Shown one piece after another: positions 46,313-56,744 of a stretch of DNA of 64,000 nt. The first letter of the stretch is position 1. Each line of letters opens with the position of its first letter. Origin of the DNA: a virus; the IMG/VR virus record IMGVR_UViG_3300046170_000347, positions 5,400-69,399 of that record; one strand, given 5' to 3'. A model generated the notes under the pieces. The model ran no database searches and was not told the origin of the DNA. It was given only the letters and a program-made list of their open reading frames with translations. Both the position numbers and the translations under genes were made by a program.

Positions 46313-48694
46313 TTACATAAAAGCGTTAACGTCTTCTTGTTGTTCAAAGTTTATTGGTAAGCCATCATTTTTACGCTGACTTATCATTTCACTTTGCTGC
46401 GTACCTTCCATCTTTATACGCTGATCTTTTCTATTTTCTTTTTCTTGATTACTTTGATTGTTAGATTGACCCTGCATTTGAGCTAATCTTAAATCAAATT
46501 GATGCTGTATTTGCATTTTTTGTTGATCAAGCTTAGCCTGAACTTCCATTTTTTGTATTTCCATTTGTGTTCTAGCCTGTTCATACTGAACCTTAGAGCC
46601 ACTAATAGCCTCTTGTTTTTGTACTTCGGCCATTGCTGTTTTCTCAGCAGTAGAAGCTTGCGCATCTGCTTGAGCTTGTATGTTAGACTGTTGAACTTGA
46701 ATATCTCTAGCTTCTTTTATCTTACGCTTAACTTTAAGCATTTGATTAGCTAGTTTAATATTTTTTATTTGTCTAACGTCTATAGCATCATCTAGTTGTA
46801 TACCGCCATTTTGTAAGGCAACTTGTATATTTTGCTCTAGCTTAGCCTCTTCTTCTTCGTCTGGTTCTAGTTCTAAGAATATGCCAAAATCGTGAAGATT
46901 TAAATTTACTATTTCTTGAAGCGTTTTAACATTAAAGTTGGATATAGAATTTTTTAAAGATTCAGCTGTCAAAGGAAACGCTAAAGCATCTGCTACTTTT
47001 AAAGATATATTTTCAGCCATTCTAAGAGTTAAATATAAACTAGCTTGATTTATATGTTTTGTAGCGGTGTTAGAAGCGTTAGCGGCTAGTTTCTGTAAAC
47101 CTACTAATGTGTTTCTGTCTGGCAAACTACCATCTCTTGCTTCGTTTAGCCCTGTTACATCTCGTATCATTTGTAAATAGTATTGATACGTTGTAATTAA
47201 GCTTTGAATTTTTGCGCCACCATTACTACTCTGCAACTCTTGAATTGGTACTTTACCTCTATTGATTTCACCATCTTGAGTAAGTGATCTACCTACAATA
47301 GAACCTGTTTGAAAATACATGTTTAAAGCTTCTGCTGGATTGTAGTTAGTTCCATTACCAAGATCAACTTCAGCTAGTCCGTCCATGTCTAAGTAAACAC
47401 CATCTGGCACCATGCGAGATAATACTTGTTGCAATTTTAAATGCGTGAGTTGTATCATGTCTGCAAAACCTACACATTTACTAACTAAAGATTCTATTCT
47501 ACCTTTGTATATTCTGGGTGCACAAATAGAATAATTCATTTCAACTTTTGTAGTGTCAGACATAGGTCTTGACATATTCTTTGCTAATTCCCACTTTAGC
47601 ATTGTGTCTGTTCCTAAAACTTTAGCTCCGCTATACAAGACCTCTATAGATCTTGAAACTCTTTCAAACATATCATTTTCAGGCGGATTAAAAGTATCAG
47701 GCTTTTCAATAGCTTTCATTAATCCTTGATCTGTTTGTTTTATTTTAAAAACTTGATCATTATATGTTTTGTAATCAAAGTACAAAACCTGTACAGTGTT
47801 TTCATCATATCCACCCCAACCAGTTATATACTGTCTATTGCCTGGCATTTTCTGTATACGCTCTAATTCTTTTTCAGATATATTTGGAAATTCTTTTTTA
47901 AGCTCTGGTATAGTTATAGATTTTATTTCACCAACATAATATATGTCTTCAAAGTTTGGATCTTCTGTGTAAGAATAAACTAAATAAGCTGGATCTACGT
48001 AGTCCACTTTAATACCATTAGACGTATTAAAGTTGGTTTTACACGCGGCAATACCTATAGTAACTAGATCCATATTTAATCTACGTCTAGTAAGATTGTA
48101 CTTATTTTGAGCCATTACCGTAGATATAGCTTCTTCTTCAGCTATTTCAATAGCTTGCTTATACTTTAACTGCATGTGAAGTTGAAGCTCTTCTTCTGAT
48201 TCCGGTATTAAAGAAGGATCTGCTGTTTGATATAAATCAATGCCTAGAGTATTTTTAATATTTTCTATATACTCTTTAGATATCATGTCTTCATATATCT
48301 TAGAAGCATATTCAGTTCTTTTTTTAACAGACTCAGGATCTTGAGCGTAAGCCTTTACTTCGTATGCTTTTTGTGATATACCGTTAACTACTATATCAAC
48401 AAACTTAGACAAAATAGGTACTGGTTTCCAGTCTAAGTTAAGATAAGACAAATCACCGTTTATAGACAATTCATCTTTATATTTTTGTATAGGTTGCTCG
48501 CCCCTAGCATATAATCTCAAAGAGTGGTAATTATTCCAGTTTGTTAAATACCTATTACCATTAGTTCTACCAGATTTAAACCACTCGTATTCAATAGCCA
48601 TTGCAACCTGACTACCATATTCTATGGTACTTTTTTCAGCATTGCTAACGACTTGACTAGGAAACGCGCTATTTGAATTAGTATATATATTCAT
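46313..48694 (-). CDS. Portal protein
   Basis: 793 aa after terminase; DVTGLNEARDG motif; Gln-rich coiled-coil C-terminus. Confidence 0.88.
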   Translation of the reverse strand: MNIYTNSNSAFPSQVVSNAEKSTIEYGSQVAMAIEYEWFKSGRTNGNRYLTNWNNYHSLRLYARGEQPIQKYKDELSINGDLSYLNLDWKPVPILSKFVDIVVNGISQKAYEVKAYAQDPESVKKRTEYASKIYEDMISKEYIENIKNTLGIDLYQTADPSLIPESEEELQLHMQLKYKQAIEIAEEEAISTVMAQNKYNLTRRRLNMDLVTIGIAACKTNFNTSNGIKVDYVDPAYLVYSYTEDPNFEDIYYVGEIKSITIPELKKEFPNISEKELERIQKMPGNRQYITGWGGYDENTVQVLYFDYKTYNDQVFKIKQTDQGLMKAIEKPDTFNPPENDMFERVSRSIEVLYSGAKVLGTDTMLKWELAKNMSRPMSDTTKVEMNYSICAPRIYKGRIESLVSKCVGFADMIQLTHLKLQQVLSRMVPDGVYLDMDGLAEVDLGNGTNYNPAEALNMYFQTGSIVGRSLTQDGEINRGKVPIQELQSSNGGAKIQSLITTYQYYLQMIRDVTGLNEARDGSLPDRNTLVGLQKLAANASNTATKHINQASLYLTLRMAENISLKVADALAFPLTAESLKNSISNFNVKTLQEIVNLNLHDFGIFLELEPDEEEEAKLEQNIQVALQNGGIQLDDAIDVRQIKNIKLANQMLKVKRKIKEARDIQVQQSNIQAQADAQASTAEKTAMAEVQKQEAISGSKVQYEQARTQMEIQKMEVQAKLDQQKMQIQHQFDLRLAQMQGQSNNQSNQEKENRKDQRIKMEGTQQSEMISQRKNDGLPINFEQQEDVNAFM

Positions 48695-50904
48695 TAATTT
48701 ATTATTTTTGATATAGTACCTTTATTGTCGTATCTTTTTATTCCAAGATCAACTGGTTCTAACTTAATTTTATTAACTGGAGAATACCTATGCTTGTTAC
48801 AAGCCATTAGAGCTAGACCAGAACTTATAGAAGCATCATGTTTTGTTCTATTATTTATGTTAAATTTAGCCCAATCTTCTAGCGTTTGTTGAAAATACAT
48901 ATTACCATACCCAGACTCTTTTAAGCCTACAAATGTTTCTATGTAAGTTTCAATAGCAGAAGCGTGAGCTTGCTTTATATCTTCACTTGAATTTGGTATA
49001 CCGCCTAACTCTCTTTCTGTTATAGATAATTTACTGTATTTTTTATCAGGTCTATTCATGCAGAAACCTCTATAACCTCTTTTTTTAAAATAATAAAGTA
49101 TTCTAGGTTTATTGTTTTCTATTAAAATAGGCATACCGTAAAAAGCACAAGCCATAAGTACATCTTCAAAAAATATTTCAGCTGTTTGAGGTCTAGCTAT
49201 ATACTCTAAAAAAAATTGATTTAAAGGCGCGTCTTCCATAGAAAACTTAGTAAGGCCATGCAAAGAACCTTTTGAACCTCTTTTATCTACCGTGCCTGAG
49301 ATATCATATGGGTCACAACCAAAAGCGCCTATATGTTCATTGCCTGGAAAATAAGAATTATTTTTTCTATATTTTTTATTTTGCAAATGTGCTGGTGGAA
49401 CCCAACTAATTTTAAATCTTCCGCTGTTGTTGGGAACAAAAATAACATTAGTATCTTTCTCAGAGTTCTGCCATTGAAAACTTCCCTGCGTTATGTTGAG
49501 CGAGTTTTTTAAATCTTCATTGAAATCTATTTGTTCGTAGATTTTAGTTAAATTAAAAAGAGACTCTTTAGATTCATCTCTAAAAGCATGCTTGGTTGTT
49601 CTTGGAAATTGCCTGTAAAATTCATTTAAAGCGTCTTGATCTTGCTTTAATCCAGCCACTTCGTTGTCCCAATACTCTATAACACCTTGCTCAATTGTCT
49701 CGCCTTGCGGTCCGCTAATTTTTCTGCCTGGGGTGTCGAATACAGGTAGGCCATAAGAATCGATGTATCCTTCGTAATTCCATTCCATAGGTATGAACAA
49801 GCTATATAGTCCAGAGCGAGTTTGTCCATTTGCATTTCTTTGAGTAACGTCTGAGTCATTATATAATTTTTTAAAATTATCACCGCCTTTGTCTAATGAG
49901 TTGCTAGTTGAACCCATCATACATTTACCTATAATTCTACTACCTAATCGTAAACAGGTTTTCGTGACACGCCAGTTGTTGAGGATGTTCGTCGGGCGCT
50001 CCCATTTACCGCTTTCATCGTGGACGAGTAGTTTGAGTTTCTCACCGTCGTACGAGTTGTCACCGGTATTCTTCCAGTCGATCGTGGTGTCGAGGCCGTC
50101 GAGCTCACGTAACGTCTCGTTGGTCTCGAGTTTCTTACGGGTGAATTTACTGGCTGGTACGCGATAGGCAAGCTCTGTCTTTGGTCTGTCCATACCGTCC
50201 TGTATTGGTTTGAAAAAGAAGGGGTAATTAACCGATATCGGTACCACCTTGTCTGTAAACATCTTCTTCGCATCAGGTCCAGACTTTGATAGTATTCCAA
50301 ACCTAGAGTCGCTTGATATGGTTGCCATATTAACGCACTCCCCGGACGCCATAAATGAGAATCCAGATCGTCTATTTTTAAGATAGCACATTCCGTAAGA
50401 CCTGTGATCGGCCTTACAAGCTTCCCAGAATATGTAGAATAATCTGTTTGACTCGCGGAAGTCAGGTTGACCGACATCAATTTTACTCCACTGCAAGTAC
50501 ATATAGTGAGTACCAGTAATGTAAGTAGCCAGACCCTTATTATAGAACCAAAAGCCTTGTTCTCTTTTATTAAATTCACTATCGATGTAATCATACCATT
50601 TTTCTTTAAAGTCCAATGGGTATTCCTCCCAATCAAATACAGACTTTATTTTTTTCAATACTTTAGGATACTCAGAATATTCCCATGTGTTTGAATCAAA
50701 TTTTTCTACGTTAAACTTTTCAGGTAAAGCTATTTTTAAGTTCTGTATTTCATATACTTCACCTATTTTACCTGTCTTAGATATAACAACTATGTCGTGT
50801 TCTTTGTTATATCCATACTCCCATTTTTTATACCTATTAGTTCTTTTTAAAACTTTAGGCTTTATGTGGTCTTTTAAAACTTTATATAAACTTTGCTCGT
50901 ACAT
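48694..50904 (-). CDS. terL: Terminase large subunit
   Basis: KNRRSGFS Walker A, LVHDESGK Walker B, GSTS, GCDPYD and KHDA nuclease motifs. Confidence 0.93.
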   Translation of the reverse strand: MYEQSLYKVLKDHIKPKVLKRTNRYKKWEYGYNKEHDIVVISKTGKIGEVYEIQNLKIALPEKFNVEKFDSNTWEYSEYPKVLKKIKSVFDWEEYPLDFKEKWYDYIDSEFNKREQGFWFYNKGLATYITGTHYMYLQWSKIDVGQPDFRESNRLFYIFWEACKADHRSYGMCYLKNRRSGFSFMASGECVNMATISSDSRFGILSKSGPDAKKMFTDKVVPISVNYPFFFKPIQDGMDRPKTELAYRVPASKFTRKKLETNETLRELDGLDTTIDWKNTGDNSYDGEKLKLLVHDESGKWERPTNILNNWRVTKTCLRLGSRIIGKCMMGSTSNSLDKGGDNFKKLYNDSDVTQRNANGQTRSGLYSLFIPMEWNYEGYIDSYGLPVFDTPGRKISGPQGETIEQGVIEYWDNEVAGLKQDQDALNEFYRQFPRTTKHAFRDESKESLFNLTKIYEQIDFNEDLKNSLNITQGSFQWQNSEKDTNVIFVPNNSGRFKISWVPPAHLQNKKYRKNNSYFPGNEHIGAFGCDPYDISGTVDKRGSKGSLHGLTKFSMEDAPLNQFFLEYIARPQTAEIFFEDVLMACAFYGMPILIENNKPRILYYFKKRGYRGFCMNRPDKKYSKLSITERELGGIPNSSEDIKQAHASAIETYIETFVGLKESGYGNMYFQQTLEDWAKFNINNRTKHDASISSGLALMACNKHRYSPVNKIKLEPVDLGIKRYDNKGTISKIIN

Positions 50905-51176
50905 TATGTTGATCTGCCTTCTGCAAAACCTTTAAAAGTTCTTTCTTTAACTTCTTTAGGTTTTTCGTTTAATAAGTTTTCTTCTTCTTCAATGCGATTA
51001 AGTATTTCAAAGGCATCGAATATAGCTAGCTTTTTTGTAGCCGCTGCGTTCTTAAGTCTGTCAGCTGATATGTCATCGTCTGAATCAACAATAGCTTCTT
51101 TAGCTACCTTAATTAACTCCTCAACTGCTCTCTGCCCAGCTTGGATTATATTCTTCTTCGTTTCCTTGGTGTTCAT
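50904..51176 (-). CDS. Probable terminase small subunit
   Basis: Helical 90-aa gene coupled upstream of terL. Confidence 0.5.
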   Translation of the reverse strand: MNTKETKKNIIQAGQRAVEELIKVAKEAIVDSDDDISADRLKNAAATKKLAIFDAFEILNRIEEEENLLNEKPKEVKERTFKGFAEGRST

Positions 51177-51726
51177 ACTTAATTACAATATCATTAGATT
51201 TCATACAGTAAAGTCTTTTCCCTTCAACTAAAAACTCCCATTCACCGTTAGGCGTATAGCCGACTAGGTCTCCTGGGTTTATTTTTAGCGCTTCTAAGGA
51301 CTTATTACCATATTTTAATATACCAATAAGTTCACGCTCTTTATCAAGCGTTAGATAATCATTACTTTTTATAGGTGTTATAAAACATCTGTCACCAACA
51401 GTGTTCCAACCTTTTTTATTTCTATATAAATAAACCTGGTCAAGGTTACAGAAATACAAATCATTTTCAAAATAAGATCTGCTTTTCTTTTTTTTACCTT
51501 TCATATCGTAAAAGGTTCTAAACACGTTTTGGTGTATAACTACTTTATCACCTTTTTTTATACCAGATTTAAAAGCTAATGGTGTTTCAATAACTTCAGC
51601 TAATCGGTTTACAAATTTCCAGTTTTCAATTTTAGTATTGACAACTATATCTTTACCTGCTATCTCGACTGTGTTCTTGTATTTGTCACCGATAGGCTTT
51701 ACAATAAAATCGTACAAGCTCTTCAT
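51121..51726 (-). CDS. GroES-like protein (apparently two GroES-like halves)
   Basis: FIVKP...GIKKGDKVV and CFITP...INPGDLVGY...YCMKSNDIV. Confidence 0.6.
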   Translation of the reverse strand: MKSLYDFIVKPIGDKYKNTVEIAGKDIVVNTKIENWKFVNRLAEVIETPLAFKSGIKKGDKVVIHQNVFRTFYDMKGKKKKSRSYFENDLYFCNLDQVYLYRNKKGWNTVGDRCFITPIKSNDYLTLDKERELIGILKYGNKSLEALKINPGDLVGYTPNGEWEFLVEGKRLYCMKSNDIVIKYEHQGNEEEYNPSWAESS

Positions 51727-51953
51727 TAGTACTCTAAATCATACTCAACAGATACAGCCATGTTAGAATTAAATTTCTTCCACGGCAATACTTCATCGTT
51801 TTTCTTTATATGAATATTATAAGATCCATCAGCTTCACTAAATAAAATGTAAGCTATTTCGTGACCTCCGTAAACTTGCTGACCTACAGAGTAATGCATA
51901 GCGTCGTTTTTATAATCAGAACCTATACTGATTTTTCTTATAACAGAATCCAT
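51726..51953 (-). CDS. Phage hypothetical protein
   Basis: IRKISIGSDYKNDAMHY motif; coupled ORF. Confidence 0.7.
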   Translation of the reverse strand: MDSVIRKISIGSDYKNDAMHYSVGQQVYGGHEIAYILFSEADGSYNIHIKKNDEVLPWKKFNSNMAVSVEYDLEY

Positions 51954-52186
51954 TATGCTTCTTCAGTTATTTCAGTATATTCACCAGTTTCAAGGTCAAT
52001 AGATATTTTACCGTAAGCTTCTTCTAAAGTTTTCTTTTCTTTAGCTAAGCTTTCGTTTACTTCTGCAACTTTGTGCAATAAAGCGTGTTTCTGTGTTTCT
52101 AAAATACCTATTTCAGAAATCACTTTATCTAAGTCTTTTTTAATAGAAGTTACAGCTTCTAATTCTTCTTGTTTAATTTTTGCCAT
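51953..52186 (-). CDS. Coiled-coil hypothetical protein
   Basis: Ends YGKISIDLETGEY. Confidence 0.7.
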   Translation of the reverse strand: MAKIKQEELEAVTSIKKDLDKVISEIGILETQKHALLHKVAEVNESLAKEKKTLEEAYGKISIDLETGEYTEITEEA

Positions 52187-52215
52187 TTGATTTAATTTAA
52201 TTTAATTGTTATATT

Positions 52216-52245
52216 TATATAGTTACTTGTATATAAGTTATTTAC
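52216..52245 (-). promoter_or_regulatory. Class II promoter candidate for packaging/head operon
   Basis: GTAAAT-N13-GTAACTATATA on minus strand. Confidence 0.55.
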
Positions 52246-52798
52246 CTGCAATTATGTCAGTAACGGTTGTTGAATCAGATAAAACATAATCTACAACCAC
52301 CGGAAACCACTCTCCTTGTGGTGGATTTACAAAAATCTGAGCTTGAGCGATGCCAGGTAATCCAGGTGACGCTACAACTCTAAACACTGCGTTTTGAGCA
52401 GTAGGGCTTTGATTCACAGTTACTGTATCTCCATTTTTATATCCTGTTCCAGGATCATTTATTGTAATAGATGTTATAACTTGAGTAACCGTGTCAGCAA
52501 CTATGTCTACTTTCAAACCAGAAGAACCAGTGCTTCCACCTAAAGTAGGTACTGCTGTCGCTGTTGTGTATCCTGAACCCATAGATCCAGCAACACCTAT
52601 TGACGATAATCCTGTTACAACACTTGGCCCTACTCTTCCAGCTGGAATTACCTGAATACTACTACCAGGCGGGGTTGATCCTATGTATAATACGGAACCA
52701 TTTAAAGAATCTGCCGCCGTTAAAGATGCTGCAGCCACAGGCGATACGGGCTGTATGTCATTTGTTATAAAATCAGGTTGATTTGCGTATTGTCCCAT
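52238..52798 (-). CDS. Structural/decoration protein with GxGY module
   Basis: GSGY...ITSITINDPGTGYKNGDTVTV, similar to insert in 41628..42626. Confidence 0.65.
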   Translation of the reverse strand: MGQYANQPDFITNDIQPVSPVAAASLTAADSLNGSVLYIGSTPPGSSIQVIPAGRVGPSVVTGLSSIGVAGSMGSGYTTATAVPTLGGSTGSSGLKVDIVADTVTQVITSITINDPGTGYKNGDTVTVNQSPTAQNAVFRVVASPGLPGIAQAQIFVNPPQGEWFPVVVDYVLSDSTTVTDIIAGK

Positions 52799-52800
52799 TT

Positions 52801-53199
52801 TTATTTATTTTTTATAATTTGTTTTGTTTTTTCCCAGCTACGACCTACAAAATATGCACCGTATACTGTTACTAATAATGTTTGAAATATTGGTATATAT
52901 TCTTCAGCTATTTTAAACTGACCTATGTTGCCATCAAAAAAAGCACAAGCAGTGAATATAACTGTCAAGTATATAAGCACCATTGGTCTTATGTTTTTAG
53001 ATAGTTTACTATCTGATGTCATATCAGCAGCCCAACGAGCACTTACTTGTTCTTGTGCTTCAGTGTCGGCTTTTTGTAGTATTTCTGTTATTAATCTTTG
53101 TGCTTCTAGCTTTTCTTCTTTAGTAGTTGTTAAGTTGTCTAAAACTTCACCAACTTCTTTTATCACATTGCCAGTAAGCCATTGCCATAATTTTTTCAT
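52801..53199 (-). CDS. Holin-like protein (GTA 3TM type)
   Basis: SKNIRP, two TM segments, YFVGRSWEK. Confidence 0.75.
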   Translation of the reverse strand: MKKLWQWLTGNVIKEVGEVLDNLTTTKEEKLEAQRLITEILQKADTEAQEQVSARWAADMTSDSKLSKNIRPMVLIYLTVIFTACAFFDGNIGQFKIAEEYIPIFQTLLVTVYGAYFVGRSWEKTKQIIKNK

Positions 53200-53202
53200 A
53201 TT

Positions 53203-54225
53203 TTAATCGTCAAAATAACCAGTGTCAACGCTTGTGTTAGCAGAGGTAACAACCTTGCCGGTTCTGCCTCCTCCAGTTTTATCACCGTCTAGCATTCTAC
53301 TGTATAAAGTATCGTAAGATTCGTTATACCTTTGCTCCATTTCTGGCGTTGCAAATTTTCCAGATTTAGCAACAGCTCTTTGCTTGTTAGCTAATGCTAG
53401 TGCAGCTAGTTTTTCTTGTTCTAATCTAGCAGGATCATTGTGAGTTGAAAAGTTTTCTCTAGCAGTCGCTATAGCGTCTTTATAGTTTTTGTTTATATAA
53501 CCCATTCCATAGTTTTGACCTAAATCAAAATCATTTTTATTTATTATACCAAGAACTTTACCTTGCTCTGCTTGCCTGTTTCTTGTATCAGTGTCTACAA
53601 GTCCCGCAGAACCACCTTGGTTATATTGCCCATCAATTTTTCTAACAGGCATAACACCAGCGGCTTCATTATCTCGCATTCTTTGTATAATGTTTTTTGA
53701 TTTACGTTGATTATCACTAAAATCATAGTTTTGACTATAACCTTTTGCGCTAAAATCGCTAGCAGTACCCATACCACTTACAATACCTTGATATTCTTTT
53801 TTAGGTGGTGGTGGAGTATCATCTGGTTTAAAACTAGTTTCAATTCTATCGCGCTCGTCGAAATCTCCAATAAACTGGTCTGCAAAATCCGGGTGAATAA
53901 TGTCAGCTTCGACTAAAACACTCCCTGGAACTCCTTTAAATCTCTTTTTTATACCTTCTAGGTATATATCGTCGGGTTCGGTAGTTGGTGTTGGATTTTC
54001 GACAGTTGGAATATCTATATCAAAATCTGCTCTTTCTCTTATATTAGTATCAGTAAAAGTACCTGGTATATTGTTTTCTTTACCTCTTCTAGTTGTTACA
54101 TTTCTACTTATTTCTCTATAATCGGTATCTTTAAAACCAGTTCCTCCTTCGCTCTTAATGTGCTCTGTAGGATCACCGTGAAAAAGAAACGCAGAGTTTC
54201 CAGTGTGTTTTAATTTAAATGCCAT
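53203..54225 (-). CDS. Hypothetical late protein (340 aa)
   Basis: MAFKLK start shared with 54616..54930. Confidence 0.7.
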   Translation of the reverse strand: MAFKLKHTGNSAFLFHGDPTEHIKSEGGTGFKDTDYREISRNVTTRRGKENNIPGTFTDTNIRERADFDIDIPTVENPTPTTEPDDIYLEGIKKRFKGVPGSVLVEADIIHPDFADQFIGDFDERDRIETSFKPDDTPPPPKKEYQGIVSGMGTASDFSAKGYSQNYDFSDNQRKSKNIIQRMRDNEAAGVMPVRKIDGQYNQGGSAGLVDTDTRNRQAEQGKVLGIINKNDFDLGQNYGMGYINKNYKDAIATARENFSTHNDPARLEQEKLAALALANKQRAVAKSGKFATPEMEQRYNESYDTLYSRMLDGDKTGGGRTGKVVTSANTSVDTGYFDD

Positions 54226-54235
54226 AGTTTATTTT

Positions 54236-54604
54236 TTATTTTTTCATGTCATTGGCTCCTTCGCCGTCTACTGCAAACTCAGGTACCATTTTTCCGTCTG
54301 GTCCTTTTACCATAGGCATTTTCTTCTGCGCAGGTGAGTGACCCATCTTCATTGCTGATTTTTGAGCTGTTTCGTCAATAACATCGCCACCGTATTTTAT
54401 ATCAGGATTACTACCTAATCTAGAGTGGTGAGCGTGTTTAGACATCCAAGATCCTTTCATTTGAGCTGGACTGTGATTCATTTTATTTGGGCTATAGTTC
54501 ATTTCTGCTGGGCTGTGACCCATCTCGGCAGGGCTATGCCCCATTTCAGGTCCTCCTTTTTTATTTTTTCCGGCGTCAGGGCCGTATCCAAATCCTTTAG
54601 GCAT
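54236..54604 (-). CDS. Repeat protein with (EMGHSPA)-type heptads
   Basis: EMGHSPAEMGHSPAEMNYSPNKMNHSPAQM...KMGHSPAQ. Confidence 0.75.
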   Translation of the reverse strand: MPKGFGYGPDAGKNKKGGPEMGHSPAEMGHSPAEMNYSPNKMNHSPAQMKGSWMSKHAHHSRLGSNPDIKYGGDVIDETAQKSAMKMGHSPAQKKMPMVKGPDGKMVPEFAVDGEGANDMKK

Positions 54605-54615
54605 AATATTAGTTT

Positions 54616-54930
54616 TTATGAATTTTTATAAGCCTCATCTTCCCAAGGTAACTTAGCATTACCTTCGTCCATTTTAGCTCGTGAATATTTTTTACCTTTC
54701 CAGTACACGTAATCATCATCATAATCAAGATCACCATTTTTCATTTGATCTATGTGAACCATTTCGTGATCTATAACATCTTGTGTTCTAGAAGGGCAAA
54801 CATCTTTGTTTATTATAATAGTTAAATTGTTATTAGCTTTACCCATAACATCGTCTTCCATGCTTACGTGGTAAACCGGAGTACTCATTACTTTTTTATC
54901 GTACGGAGAGTTTGTTAATTTAAAAGCCAT
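54616..54930 (-). CDS. Minimal zincin metallopeptidase
   Basis: HEMVH plus downstream PWEDEAY. Confidence 0.75.
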   Translation of the reverse strand: MAFKLTNSPYDKKVMSTPVYHVSMEDDVMGKANNNLTIIINKDVCPSRTQDVIDHEMVHIDQMKNGDLDYDDDYVYWKGKKYSRAKMDEGNAKLPWEDEAYKNS

Positions 54931-54934
54931 ATGG

Positions 54935-55087
54935 TTATTTGTATGGAAACATTTTATTTAATGCTCCTTTTCTGGCTTCACAACCGCAAGGGATGTTTAA
55001 CCCCTTGCTAATTGTGTCTACCATTTTTTTGATACCAGTGGCTTTTGTAAACTTTTCTATGTCGTCTCCTAAACCTGTTGATCTCAT
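54935..55087 (-). CDS. Small phage protein (GLGD...CGC..RK)
   Basis: Read by hand: MRSTGLGDDIEKFTKATGIKK...PCGCEARK. Confidence 0.7.
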   Translation of the reverse strand: MRSTGLGDDIEKFTKATGIKKMVDTISKGLNIPCGCEARKGALNKMFPYK

Positions 55088-55089
55088 AA

Positions 55090-55500
55090 TTACGCGCTGT
55101 ATGTACAGGTTTTAAACTGATTGTATATAGCTGGTTGTGTAACTAAAATACTACCTTTTTGACCTGATTGAGCAGCTGGTGCTTGCAATACAGTTACTGG
55201 TGGTACTAAAGTTGAAACAACTCCTCCTGGATTTGCTACTAAAGCAGCGTTTACAGCGTCAGCTAATTGCTTCTCTCTAGTTGCAGCTGTAAATCCTGTA
55301 GAACCATCTACTGGAGCATCAACAACAATTGCATATGTTCCTGGAGTTCCGCTGTTCATGGTTATGGTTGCAGTTGTTATAGCTGATGAAGTAGCGCCTG
55401 ATGATGCTACACCAACTCCTGCTATACCATCTATTGGTATTAATGTTTCAATGCCGTCACCTTCTACAGGTCCTGCTTTTACTTTTAAAAATTTTGCCAT
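55090..55500 (-). CDS. Probable capsid decoration/structural protein
   Basis: Ala/Thr/Gly-rich; ALVANPGGV motif. Confidence 0.6.
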   Translation of the reverse strand: MAKFLKVKAGPVEGDGIETLIPIDGIAGVGVASSGATSSAITTATITMNSGTPGTYAIVVDAPVDGSTGFTAATREKQLADAVNAALVANPGGVVSTLVPPVTVLQAPAAQSGQKGSILVTQPAIYNQFKTCTYSA

Positions 55501-55565
55501 TTTTGTTAGTGTTAATGTTAGTGTTAGTGTTATTTGTTTGACTGGGTTTTACAGATCCCTACTGT

Positions 55566-55877
55566 TTATTTCATACAATGACCTTCTAGCGGACTGTCTT
55601 CGTCTTTTTCTAATTTAGCTGGTGATCCATGATGTTTTTTATCATACTTCATATCACCCGCTAGTTTTGAAATGTGCTTTTCATCAGCAGTCATTTTTTT
55701 GTCACTGTGTCCGTGGTGATCATCATAAAGCACATCTCGCTTTAAATAATCAATATGCGCAGCGTCATCTCTTTCTGCGGCTTTATAGTTTTCACTCGTA
55801 ACACGAGTATGTGCATGATCCATGCAGCATCTTGCATTACCTGTGTATTTTCCGTAATGTCCTTTTGAGTATCCCAT
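55566..55877 (-). CDS. His/Asp-rich late protein
   Basis: Internal repeat DxxHIxxL; GSPAK/DSPLE motifs. Confidence 0.7.
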   Translation of the reverse strand: MGYSKGHYGKYTGNARCCMDHAHTRVTSENYKAAERDDAAHIDYLKRDVLYDDHHGHSDKKMTADEKHISKLAGDMKYDKKHHGSPAKLEKDEDSPLEGHCMK

Positions 55878-55880
55878 TTT

Positions 55881-56531
55881 TTATGATAGATTTAAAGATT
55901 TAAATTTTAATTGTTTTTCTACATCAGTAGATTTTTTGCCCTCAGGAGTATTAAGCCAATCGTTATATTTTTTAACATCTTCAGGATTGTTTTGTCTTAA
56001 GCTTTGCATGGCCTGATATTGATCTAATTTTCTCTGCATATCTGCATCTGCTTTGTCTTGAAATCCTTTTTGTCTTCCTTTTATTTTTTCAGTTTCTAAC
56101 TCAAACTTGCTTATTTTTTTTGGATTATCAACACTGATTTTTTTATTTGGATCGAAATTAGGATTATCAGCCATTGGTTCTGTTAACTTATTGTCTTTAA
56201 CTCGCTTTTCTCTCCTTGTTTTTCTTTTCGCTCTCTTATCAAGTCTTCTGCCTAGTCTGTCAGCTTGAGTTTGAGGATCTTTTAATCCTTCAATAGCAGC
56301 TAGAGTTCCTTTAGTAATACCATCAAACATGTTTTGAAGAGACGCTCTAGTTGAAACATAACCAGACTCTGTTCCGTAATCTGTATAGTCTACCATTGTT
56401 AAAGGAGTTTCTTTTTTTTCTTCTTTTTTAGCAATTTCTTTAACTAAATTAGGCGGCAAGTTATCCTCTTGCTTTTGTGTTAATGATATTGGGTTTTTGC
56501 TTAAAAAACTTTTACTAAAAGGTGAACTCAT
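55881..56531 (-). CDS. Late protein with S-P motif
   Basis: MSSPFSKSFLSKNP start. Confidence 0.7.
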   Translation of the reverse strand: MSSPFSKSFLSKNPISLTQKQEDNLPPNLVKEIAKKEEKKETPLTMVDYTDYGTESGYVSTRASLQNMFDGITKGTLAAIEGLKDPQTQADRLGRRLDKRAKRKTRREKRVKDNKLTEPMADNPNFDPNKKISVDNPKKISKFELETEKIKGRQKGFQDKADADMQRKLDQYQAMQSLRQNNPEDVKKYNDWLNTPEGKKSTDVEKQLKFKSLNLS

Positions 56532-56532
56532 A

Positions 56533-56742
56533 TTATTTTCTTTTACAGCCAAAGTTCTTGGCATAGTTAGCCATCTTTACGACAGAAGAACTATACTTGT
56601 CTTTTGACTTCATTACAGCGCTAGCAGCAGCACACGTTGATTTACCTGGCATATTTTTCTTTACCCAAGCAGTAAACTTACCTTTGTTTTCCTCTTTTAT
56701 TTCAGGAAAATCTTCTTTTTTTAAAAATGGTGATCCGTACAT
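56533..56742 (-). CDS. Small basic late protein
   Basis: MYGSPFLKK; IKEENKGKFTAW...KMANYAKN. Confidence 0.75.
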   Translation of the reverse strand: MYGSPFLKKEDFPEIKEENKGKFTAWVKKNMPGKSTCAAASAVMKSKDKYSSSVVKMANYAKNFGCKRK

Positions 56743-56744
56743 AA

